A DNA stretch of 64,000 bases from Myxococcota bacterium. Its GTDB lineage: Bacteria > Myxococcota_A > UBA9042. Position 1 is the stretch's first letter. Each line of letters opens with the position of its first letter. Shown here one piece after another: positions 44,417 through 52,326 of the stretch. The stretch spans positions 78,773 to 142,772 of the forward strand of contig CAXNCS010000002.1 in the NCBI GenBank assembly GCA_964201005.1. Direction: 5' to 3'. The notes beneath the pieces were generated by a model. The model worked only from the letters and a program-made list of their open reading frames with translations, did no database searches and was not told the origin of the DNA. Made by a program: the position numbers and the translations under genes.

Positions 44417-47400
44417 ATGGATTTCAAGGGTAAAGCCCAGGGCGCAAGCCGGACTCGCTGGGCGACAGCTGCCAGGGCCATCGGCCTCGCAGCGGCGCTG
44501 ACACTGCTGGGACTCGCAGGCGCCTGCTCCACCCCTTCTGGCGGCGGCGGCGGCGGCTACTGGGATCCCGATGCGGTCTGGGACAGTTACGTCGGCGACC
44601 TTGCCCCAAGCGATCTGACGAGCAGCGATCAGCTGTCGGCCGACCAGCTGGCCAGCGACGGCACACTGGCCGACGGCACCTCTGGCAGCGACACGGCCGC
44701 GGGGGACACCGCCAGTGTCGACAGCGGCTGCAGCAAGCCGGCCGATTGCGACGACGGCGAGCCCTGTACCACCGACAATTGCAGCGCAGGCAAGTGCAGC
44801 CACAGCGCCGTGGCCGGCTGCGTCAAGTCGGCGACCCCCTGCGACAGCAAAAACCCATGCAGCAGTGGTGTTTGCGACAGCCAGTCCCGCAGCTGCGTGG
44901 CGTGCCTCCAGGGCAGCGACTGCGGCGGCGGCAAGACCTGCGTGGCCAAGCAGTGCGTGGCGGCGCCGCCGTGCAAGTCCGACGTGGAGTGCAAGGCCAG
45001 CAAGCAGGTGTGCGACAAGGGCCTTGGGGCGTGCGTAGACTGCACCGTGCCGGGCGACTGCGGCGGCGGCTTTGCCTGCGTGCAAAACAAGTGCTTTGCC
45101 GCCAAATCCTGTGGCAGCAGCAAGGATTGCGACAAGGTGTGCGACCTGGAGCTGGGCTACTGTGTCGAATGCCTGAGCGCCGACGACTGCCCCATCGGCC
45201 AGATGTGCAACGCCTCGAGACAATGCAAACCGGTAGTGTGCAGCAACAACAGCTGCGGCGCCGGGCAGAGCTTCTTTGTCTGTGCACCAGGCGGGGCGGG
45301 CTATCAGGCGGGGGTGAATTGCGAGGACAGCAACCCATGCACGGACAGCAGCTGCTCGCCAGAGAAGGGCTGCGTCACCAAATACAACGTCAAGACCTGC
45401 AGCGACGGCGACGCGTGCACGACGGGCGATGCCTGCGGCGCGGGGCTGTGCAGCGGTAGCTCGATCAACTGCAACGACAATAATCCGTGCACCAGCGACA
45501 CCTGTAGCGCCAAAAGCGGCTGCGTCTACAGCGCGCTCAACGGCAGCTGCGACGACGGCAACCCTTGCACGGAAGGCGATTTTTGTGCGTCCAAAGTGTG
45601 CAAGGGCAGCCCCAAGAACTGCGACGACGGCAATCCGTGCACCGCCGACACCTGCAACGGCCAGATCGGCTGCACCAACACGCCCAACAGCGCGCCGTGC
45701 AACGACAATAACCAGTGCACCCAGAGCGACATGTGCAGCGGCGGCAGCTGTCAGGGCGCGCCGATCAAGTGCGACGACGGCAACCCTTGCACAACCGACA
45801 ACTGCGATGCGTTTAGCGGGTGCGTCTCCAGCAATAACAGCAGCTTGTGCGACGATGGCAATGCTTGCACCGTGGGCGACAGCTGCGCTTTTGGCTTCTG
45901 CAACCCCGGCACGGCCAAAAACTGCAGCGACGGCAACCCGTGCACCAACGACAGCTGCAGCGGCGGCACCTGCAAGTACGCCCCTAACTCCGTGGGGTGC
46001 AATGACAATAACCCCTGCACCACCGGGGATTTCTGCAGCAACAGCTCTTGCCAGGCCGGCACCGGGGCGGCCAACTGCGACGACGGCAACAGCTGCACCG
46101 ATGACAGCTGCGTGGCCAATGTAGGCTGCAAGAATGCCGCGAATACTGCCACTTGCAACGACTCGAATGCGTGTACCAGCGCGGATACCTGCGGCGCTGG
46201 CAGCTGCAAGGGCGGCGCGGCGGTCGTGTGCGATGACAAGGATGGCTGCACCGCCGATACCTGCGCGCCCACCACCGGCTGCAAGGCCACCGCCGACACG
46301 GCCAAGTGCGACGACAAAAATCTATGCACGACAGACAGTTGCTCATCTCCCGACGGCACATGTGGCCATGTCGCACTGGCAGGCTGCTGCACCGCGACCG
46401 CCGATTGCGACGACAAGGACCCTTGCACGGACGACTATTGCGCTGGCAACAGCTGTGTTCACAAGAACAACGGCTCGTGCTGCAAGGTAGACGGCGACTG
46501 CAGTGACGGCAGCTTGTGCACCGGCGATACCTGCGTCGATGGCAAGTGCAAGTTCAGCACTTTGCCGTCGCCCGCCACGCCCACCTATGAAGTCGATTGG
46601 GAGAATCCGGGCGATTACGAGGGCTGGGTGGCCAATCCGGCGGTCTCTGGCTTGGGCTGGAGCCAGGCGAGCGGGCTGGGCGCGTCCAGCGGCGCCGGGG
46701 CCCTCAAGTTTGGCCTGACCGCGGGCGGTTCCTTCGCCGCCATCACCGGCGCGGTGAGCTCACAGGTCTTGGGCCCCAAGTTCAAGGTCCCGCTGGGCGG
46801 CGGCACGGCGATGACCTTTGCCTGGAAGCAGATGTTCACTGGGGTCAGCTTGTCGACCTACCCGCCGATCAAGGTGGAGATCTTGACCGGGACGAAGATC
46901 TGGACCGCCTACACCGGCTACTACACGACCAGCACGGCGTTTACCCCCGTCACCGTTGATCTGAGCCCCTTTGGCGGCCAGGACGTGCAAGTTCGCCTCA
47001 AGGGCACCGTCTACGGCAACACCACCACAAAGGCCGCGGGGACGGGGATCTTGCTGGACGCGCTCAAGGTTCAGTGGAGCTGCACCGGCGCCAAGACCTG
47101 CACCGCGGACAGCAGTTGCGCCAATACCGTGGGCTGTTCTGAAGGCCTCTGCGTCGCCGGCAAGTGTTCCTATAGCTACAAGTGCTGTGCGGCGGCGGCG
47201 GACTGCAACGACGGCATTTCCTGCACCACCGACACCTGCGCCACGGACAAGTGCCAACACACCAAAGCCGCGGGCTGCTGTACGTCAGATGCGGGCTGCA
47301 GCGACGGCTTGACCTGCACCATGGACAGCTGTGGTGCGGATAACAAGTGCAAATTCCTATCCATCGCCGACTGTTGCACCGCGGACAGCCAATGCAACGA

Positions 47401-48088
47401 CGGCAGCACCTGCACCGTCGACAGCTGCAAGGCCGGTAAGTGCGTGTACACGGACACGTGCTGCAAGTCGGACGCCGAGTGCAACGACAACGATGACAAG
47501 TGCACCACCGACAAATGCGTAGCCGGCAAGTGCACTTATGCGTCCACTGGCCAGCCGGGCTGCTGCCTGCCGGAGCTGTACAAGGAGAGCTTTGACGGCA
47601 CGGGCTTGACCGGCTGGACCCTGACCAACAGCGCTGGGGCGGCCAAGGGCTGGCAAGTGTGGAAGACGCCCAGCATCGCCGCCAAAAGCGCGCCCGCGGT
47701 GCTGTATTACGGCGACCCGTTGGTGAAGAACTTTGACTTTGGCGGCGTGGCCAACAGCGGCACGGCGACTTCTGCGACCGTGACAGTGCCCGCGGCCAGC
47801 GCCAAGCCGGTGCTCAAATTCTGGGTCTACAAGGACTCGGAGATGGGCGGCGGCAGCTACGATCGCCTGGACCTGTATGTCGTGAAAGCGGGCGTGCAGA
47901 GCGTGTTGCTGACCGAGGCGTCCTCGACCTATACCGCCCAAGCGTGGAAGGAGGTCTCGGTCGAGCTCGGCGGTTATGCCGGACAAACCCTGCAGATTCG
48001 CTTCTCCTTTGCCACGGGCGACTCGGTCGGCAATAGCGGGCTTGGCGTGCTGATCGACGACGTGCGCCTGACCCAGACTTGCCTGTAA
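44417..48088 (+). CDS. Giant (~1223-aa) Cys-rich lipoprotein/secreted protein with two jelly-roll (MAM / choice-of-anchor-J-like) modules
   Basis: ATG 44417 follows GGGGAG. The signal peptide ends LAGAC and is followed by a G6 run. Short 4-Cys knots, CxDGNxCT repeats and five CC-bracketed ~34-aa modules (about 47170-47570) follow. Two Cys-poor beta-rich modules lie at about 46585-47085 and 47575-48085 (GWTLTNSAGAAKGWQVW...LIDDVRL). Confidence 0.85.
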   Translation: MDFKGKAQGASRTRWATAARAIGLAAALTLLGLAGACSTPSGGGGGGYWDPDAVWDSYVGDLAPSDLTSSDQLSADQLASDGTLADGTSGSDTAAGDTASVDSGCSKPADCDDGEPCTTDNCSAGKCSHSAVAGCVKSATPCDSKNPCSSGVCDSQSRSCVACLQGSDCGGGKTCVAKQCVAAPPCKSDVECKASKQVCDKGLGACVDCTVPGDCGGGFACVQNKCFAAKSCGSSKDCDKVCDLELGYCVECLSADDCPIGQMCNASRQCKPVVCSNNSCGAGQSFFVCAPGGAGYQAGVNCEDSNPCTDSSCSPEKGCVTKYNVKTCSDGDACTTGDACGAGLCSGSSINCNDNNPCTSDTCSAKSGCVYSALNGSCDDGNPCTEGDFCASKVCKGSPKNCDDGNPCTADTCNGQIGCTNTPNSAPCNDNNQCTQSDMCSGGSCQGAPIKCDDGNPCTTDNCDAFSGCVSSNNSSLCDDGNACTVGDSCAFGFCNPGTAKNCSDGNPCTNDSCSGGTCKYAPNSVGCNDNNPCTTGDFCSNSSCQAGTGAANCDDGNSCTDDSCVANVGCKNAANTATCNDSNACTSADTCGAGSCKGGAAVVCDDKDGCTADTCAPTTGCKATADTAKCDDKNLCTTDSCSSPDGTCGHVALAGCCTATADCDDKDPCTDDYCAGNSCVHKNNGSCCKVDGDCSDGSLCTGDTCVDGKCKFSTLPSPATPTYEVDWENPGDYEGWVANPAVSGLGWSQASGLGASSGAGALKFGLTAGGSFAAITGAVSSQVLGPKFKVPLGGGTAMTFAWKQMFTGVSLSTYPPIKVEILTGTKIWTAYTGYYTTSTAFTPVTVDLSPFGGQDVQVRLKGTVYGNTTTKAAGTGILLDALKVQWSCTGAKTCTADSSCANTVGCSEGLCVAGKCSYSYKCCAAAADCNDGISCTTDTCATDKCQHTKAAGCCTSDAGCSDGLTCTMDSCGADNKCKFLSIADCCTADSQCNDGSTCTVDSCKAGKCVYTDTCCKSDAECNDNDDKCTTDKCVAGKCTYASTGQPGCCLPELYKESFDGTGLTGWTLTNSAGAAKGWQVWKTPSIAAKSAPAVLYYGDPLVKNFDFGGVANSGTATSATVTVPAASAKPVLKFWVYKDSEMGGGSYDRLDLYVVKAGVQSVLLTEASSTYTAQAWKEVSVELGGYAGQTLQIRFSFATGDSVGNSGLGVLIDDVRLTQTCL

Positions 48089-48168
48089 GCTCAACTCGCC
48101 ACTTGGCGCTTTTTCACAGTGGCGAAGGCGACAGCAGCGACCGGTGCGGCTAGACTGAGCCGAGCGGC

Positions 48169-49575
48169 GTGCGCCGCGCTGTCGTGACCATGACGAACAA
48201 CCCCTTGCGGTTTCAACGGATCTGCGCAACTCGCCTGCACATCGGGTTCACCGCTGGGGCCCTTGCTCTCTTGGCGAGCGCTGCACCGGCCCAGGCCCAA
48301 GCAGATGGCCCTTGGAGCCCTGCCAAAGCCTGGAGCGAAGCGCAACGCCTGAGTCCACAGCTGCGCGCCGCCGACGCCACCGCAGACGCCGCCAAGGCCC
48401 GCATCGACATCGCCCGCATCCCGCAGATTCCAACCGCGGCGATCGAAGCGACCCACAGCGAATCCACGGCCAACTTTGTCGCGCGTCCCGGCTCGGTGCC
48501 CAAGAGCTTTTCTTCCACCGGATCGACCTTTTCTCTGGAACCCTTTGGATTTTGGCATGCTGGGGCGAGTAGCCGCTGGACCTTTGCCGATTTTGGCCGC
48601 ACCAGCGCATCTGTGAACGCCGCCGACCACGCCGCCCAAGCCGCCGGGGCCGATGCCCGCAGCATCCGCAGGCAGGTGTGGTTGCAGGTGATGAGCGCCT
48701 ACCAGCTTGTGTTGACTGCAGAAGCTGGCGTGGTGACAGCCAAGGAGACCCGCGATCAATCGGCCCAGCGCCGCGAATTGGCCAAGAGCCGGGTCGAAGC
48801 TCGGGTCCGGCCGCCGCTGGATCTGGCGCGGGCGGAGAGCGACCTCGCCTCTGCCGAAGTAGCGGTTTTGCGTGGAGAAGAGCAGGTCAGGGCCGCGAGA
48901 ATTGCCCTGGCTGTGGCCATTGGCCTGACCCAAGCCGTCGCCGGACCGCTGGCGCCGCTGAGCCTGCCGGATGCAGAACTGACGGACGAGCGCCTGCAAT
49001 CCGCCGAGGCCTTGGACAAATGGACCGACAGCGCCGCTGCCGAGAGGCCGGAGATCGTCGGCCTGGCCCAGCGCCATCAGGCCGCCTTGGCAGAGCTGGC
49101 AGTGGTGCAAAAGACCGCCAATCCAAGCCTTTATCTTGGGGCATCTGCCACCTTGGCCGGCACCCAATTGGCGGCGATGGCTTTCAACCTGGGGCTCACG
49201 GCTGGCGTGACTTGGCCGATCTCCGGGATGTGGCTGGCGAGCCCGCAGATCGCCGAAGTGCGCGCGCGGATCCGCGCCTTGGACGGCCAGGAACAGAGCT
49301 TGCGCCTGAGTGTGCGCGGTGAACTGGATGCCGCGCGGACAGCCGTCGCCCAAGCGCGCAAGCGCCGCCCTGCCCTTGCGACCCTGCAGCAATTTGCCAA
49401 TCAGGCCTATGAACAGGCCAAAGTCCGCTACACCGCTGGCGCTTCGACGATGACCGAGGTGATCGACGCCGCTTCAGCGGTCAGCCAAGCGCGCCTGCAG
49501 CTGCTCCAAGCCGACTTGGATGAGGCGCTGGGCGTGGCGCGTTGGTGGGCGGCGATGGGCAGGCTGCCTGAATGA
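48169..49575 (+). CDS. TolC/OEP-family outer-membrane channel protein
   Basis: A signal peptide ending APAQAQ is followed by two-fold repeated helical OEP-like sequence (...RVEARVRPPLDLARAESDLASAEVAVL... / ...YTAGASTMTEVIDAASAVSQARLQLLQA...). The start is GTG 48169 or ATG 48190. Confidence 0.7.
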   Translation: MRRAVVTMTNNPLRFQRICATRLHIGFTAGALALLASAAPAQAQADGPWSPAKAWSEAQRLSPQLRAADATADAAKARIDIARIPQIPTAAIEATHSESTANFVARPGSVPKSFSSTGSTFSLEPFGFWHAGASSRWTFADFGRTSASVNAADHAAQAAGADARSIRRQVWLQVMSAYQLVLTAEAGVVTAKETRDQSAQRRELAKSRVEARVRPPLDLARAESDLASAEVAVLRGEEQVRAARIALAVAIGLTQAVAGPLAPLSLPDAELTDERLQSAEALDKWTDSAAAERPEIVGLAQRHQAALAELAVVQKTANPSLYLGASATLAGTQLAAMAFNLGLTAGVTWPISGMWLASPQIAEVRARIRALDGQEQSLRLSVRGELDAARTAVAQARKRRPALATLQQFANQAYEQAKVRYTAGASTMTEVIDAASAVSQARLQLLQADLDEALGVARWWAAMGRLPE

Positions 49576-49590
49576 TCCGCCAAGCTGAAC

Positions 49591-52191
49591 TCAGAAATCC
49601 GCAGAAAGCTTGAACGATCCGCTGCGCCCTGGCACCACCACTTCTACGGCAAGCACGCGGCCGGCACCCACAATGTACTGGTCCTGCTCGGCAAACTTGG
49701 CCCGCAGCTGCACTTGGCACTGGTGCTCGCAGGCGGCTGGAGCCTTGTCCGTAAAGAGGGCGACGGCAAACCAGCCGGGCAGCACCGCGGCGATCAAGGC
49801 TTCGCTCGACTGAATGTCCACCTGCAGCGGATGCACGCGCGGGGTCTCGTCGTCGCCCGCCACAGGGTCGATGGCGAAGGCCGCAAGCCCCTTGTCCGTC
49901 GGCAGAATCACCAGCTGGGTGCCCTGAAAACTCCAGTGACCCACCAGCCAATCGGCCGAGCGGAGCTTGGGCATCACGCCGCGGATCTTGAGGTCCGGGG
50001 TGGCACCTGCAGGCAACTCATAGCGAATTTCAGCACTTGACTTCTTGGGCACCAGCATTCGCTCGTCGCGCCCGGTGCCGACATCAAAGATCACCGTCAG
50101 GTCGCGCGGGCTGCTGTTGCGCAATTCGACCTTGATGGGCGTGGTCTTGTCCGAGCTGCCGCGTTCGGCGCCGCTGACCCGGCCGCTGATCGCCGCTCCG
50201 TCTTCAGCCCTCTTGCGCAATACTTCATCGATCGCCTGCAGTTGCACGTCCACCAGCCGCGAACCGGGGTGCTGACTCCACACTTTGGCGATCGCCTCCA
50301 GATTGGCCTCGGGCTCCAACGCGCGTTTGTCGAGCGCCATCTCGCGGCGCACCGGTCGCACCAGCCCCAAGCGCGGCACGCTGGCCGCCGTATCGCAGCC
50401 GTAGCGGTACTGCAGCACCAGGCCCACTTTGCTGCGCAACGGCGAGCTCTGCGGTGTGCACGGCCCCTTCCACACGCCGCTCGCGGTACCGCCTGCGTCC
50501 AGCAGCTTGGCGAGGCGCGTCGACCCCACCCGCACGTCCACCAGGGCCGGCTGCTTGGTCGGATTCTTGAGCGTCCAGGCCACTGAAACCTCGCGGGGCA
50601 GCATGTGGCGGGCCATCGTCGCCGAAGCCTCGTCCAGGTCGCGCCTCACCTGCGCAGCATCCACCGCTGCGGCGAATTCCACCTCATCGTCAGACACCTG
50701 CGGCTGATCCGTCGTCAGCCAAGCCTGGGGCCGGGCGCGCGCCGCCTTCTGGAGCCGGGCAAACGCCTTGTCGTTCTCCGCGCCGTCGGGCGCCTGGGCC
50801 AGGTAGTCGAGCCACGCCGCTTCACCGCCGTCCTTGGCGGCACTCTCAAACTTCGCCGGCCAATCGGCCGCGGCCGCCTTGCCTTTGTCCTTCTTGCGCG
50901 CCGCCTCCTGAGCGCGTTCCTCCGCTAGCTGGCGCGCTTCCTCGTCTTTCTTCGCCTCGGCGGCCTTTTTCGCTTCGGCTTCCTTCTTGGCCTCGGCGTC
51001 TTTCTTGGCCTCCGCTTCCTTCTTAGCTTCGGCGTCCTTCTTGGCCTCGGCATCCTTCTTGGCCTCGGCGTCCTTCTTGGCCTCGGCGTCCTTCTTGGCG
51101 TCCGCGTCCTTTTTGGCTTCGGCGTCCTTCTTGGCCTCCGCGTCTTTGTTGGCTTCTGCGGCCTTTTTTGCGTCCACGTCCTTCTTGGCGTCCGCGACTC
51201 GCTTGGCCTCCGCGTCTTTGTTGGCTTCTGCGGCCTTCTTCGCGTCCACGTCCTTCTTGGCGTCCGCGACTCGCTTGGCCTCCGCCTCCTTCTTTGCTTC
51301 CGCCTCCTTCTTGGCCTTGGCCTCTGCGTCCTTCTTGGCCTTGGCGTCGGCTTCTTTCTTGACGTCCGCGTCCTTCTTGGCCGAGATTTTTCCCGTCGCT
51401 TCGGCGAGCTTGCGAGCCTTTTCTTCAGCGGACTTGCGGGCTTTCTCTAGCTCAGCCTCCTTCTTGCGCCGCTCCAAGTCCGCAGCTTCCGCCTGCTTGC
51501 GCGCCTTGGCCGCCTCCACCTCCAGGCGCTTGTGATCGCGCTCGGCTTCTTCGACCTCTTTGCGCACCTTGTCGGCCTCCGCCTCCTTCTTTTTGCGCTC
51601 TTTCTCCTCCGCCTCGGCGGCAGCGCGAGCGGCTTTCTCTTTCTCAGCCGCCGCTGCCCTTTCCGCGCGGTCTTTCTCTGCCGCAGAAGCGCGCTCAGAC
51701 TCGCGGCGGACCCGTTCAGCCTCCGCGGCGCGGGTCTTTTCCGATTTGGCGGCGTTGGCCGCGTCTACAGCGTCATCGGCCCGCGGGGTGCGCACGCACT
51801 TGCCCACCCACTGAAAGTCGCGGCCATCGCCTTCGCCGGGCACGCCTTTGCGGCTGGGGTTGTCGACGCGCTCTTCTCGCACCTCCGCCACCGCATCGCA
51901 GCCGTAGCGCGCCGCCGAGTCGAGCAGCTGCTCTTCTGCCGGGCCCTGCGGCGTGCTTTGGCGGGTGGTCCGCAAGCGCAATTCCCCAAGCACTACAGAG
52001 GGCTGCGGCAAGTCCGCCACCTTGCCCGCCATGGCAATCGCCGCGCTCGAGGGCAGTGCGCCGTAGCGCCCCGTGCCCAGCGCCCGGTCAAATTGCACCG
52101 TCGATCCACAGCCGCTGACCAGGAGGGCCACCAAGCCCGCGTGGGCCCAGGGCAATTGCCAGGAGGAGCGATGGTCTTGGCGGTTCTGCAT
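49591..52191 (-). CDS. 866-aa lipoprotein with a ~290-aa E/K/A/D-rich charged helical spacer
   Basis: The lipobox is LLVSGC. A ~115-aa N-domain is followed by a charged low-complexity region (aa ~146-437, nt ~50881-51756) dominated by (KKDAEA)n. A ~430-aa C-terminal globular region follows. Confidence 0.8.
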   Translation of the reverse strand: MQNRQDHRSSWQLPWAHAGLVALLVSGCGSTVQFDRALGTGRYGALPSSAAIAMAGKVADLPQPSVVLGELRLRTTRQSTPQGPAEEQLLDSAARYGCDAVAEVREERVDNPSRKGVPGEGDGRDFQWVGKCVRTPRADDAVDAANAAKSEKTRAAEAERVRRESERASAAEKDRAERAAAAEKEKAARAAAEAEEKERKKKEAEADKVRKEVEEAERDHKRLEVEAAKARKQAEAADLERRKKEAELEKARKSAEEKARKLAEATGKISAKKDADVKKEADAKAKKDAEAKAKKEAEAKKEAEAKRVADAKKDVDAKKAAEANKDAEAKRVADAKKDVDAKKAAEANKDAEAKKDAEAKKDADAKKDAEAKKDAEAKKDAEAKKDAEAKKEAEAKKDAEAKKEAEAKKAAEAKKDEEARQLAEERAQEAARKKDKGKAAAADWPAKFESAAKDGGEAAWLDYLAQAPDGAENDKAFARLQKAARARPQAWLTTDQPQVSDDEVEFAAAVDAAQVRRDLDEASATMARHMLPREVSVAWTLKNPTKQPALVDVRVGSTRLAKLLDAGGTASGVWKGPCTPQSSPLRSKVGLVLQYRYGCDTAASVPRLGLVRPVRREMALDKRALEPEANLEAIAKVWSQHPGSRLVDVQLQAIDEVLRKRAEDGAAISGRVSGAERGSSDKTTPIKVELRNSSPRDLTVIFDVGTGRDERMLVPKKSSAEIRYELPAGATPDLKIRGVMPKLRSADWLVGHWSFQGTQLVILPTDKGLAAFAIDPVAGDDETPRVHPLQVDIQSSEALIAAVLPGWFAVALFTDKAPAACEHQCQVQLRAKFAEQDQYIVGAGRVLAVEVVVPGRSGSFKLSADF
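50941..51385 (-). repeat. In-frame tandem array of ~18-bp units (GGCCTCGGCGTCCTTCTT, encoding KKDAEA)
   Basis: About two dozen consecutive imperfect units read directly. All are in frame within CDS 49591..52191. Confidence 0.9.
51133..51276 (-). repeat. 72-bp tandem duplication (2 copies, 2 mismatches) inside the charged-repeat region
   Basis: Copy 1 spans 51133-51204 and copy 2 spans 51205-51276. They differ only in GCCTTTTTTGCG versus GCCTTCTTCGCG. Each encodes AKRVADAKKDVDAKKAAEANKDAE. Confidence 0.9.
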
Positions 52192-52326
52192 GGCGATGTC
52201 TCCGGTGGAGCGCTGGTCGCCCCATCGCGCCGCAGCATAGCGAAGAAAGCCGCGGCTGCGAATTGGCGAATGCCTGTGGCGGTGAGGATGCCGTTCAGGG
52301 GGATGCGCTCTGCGCGGCCGTCACCG

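Noticed and set aside
41183-45223. 633-aa and 680-aa minus-strand ORFs (41183..43084, 43181..45223). The second runs across the spacer between the two giant genes.
   Set aside because: They have the A/G/R/V-rich composition typical of antisense frames in high-GC DNA. They lack a Shine-Dalgarno and any recognisable motif. The sense-strand proteins have strong domain signatures.
50941-51385. A regularly spaced short repeat array that superficially resembles a CRISPR locus.
   Set aside because: The units are contiguous (18 bp with no unique spacers), degenerate and in frame inside a long ORF with a lipoprotein signal. No cas genes are nearby.
50987-51535. Plus-strand ORF encoding (SASFLA)n.
   Set aside because: It is the reverse-complement reading of the (KKDAEA)n repeat. 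It has no start context and is periodic only because the sense repeat is periodic.
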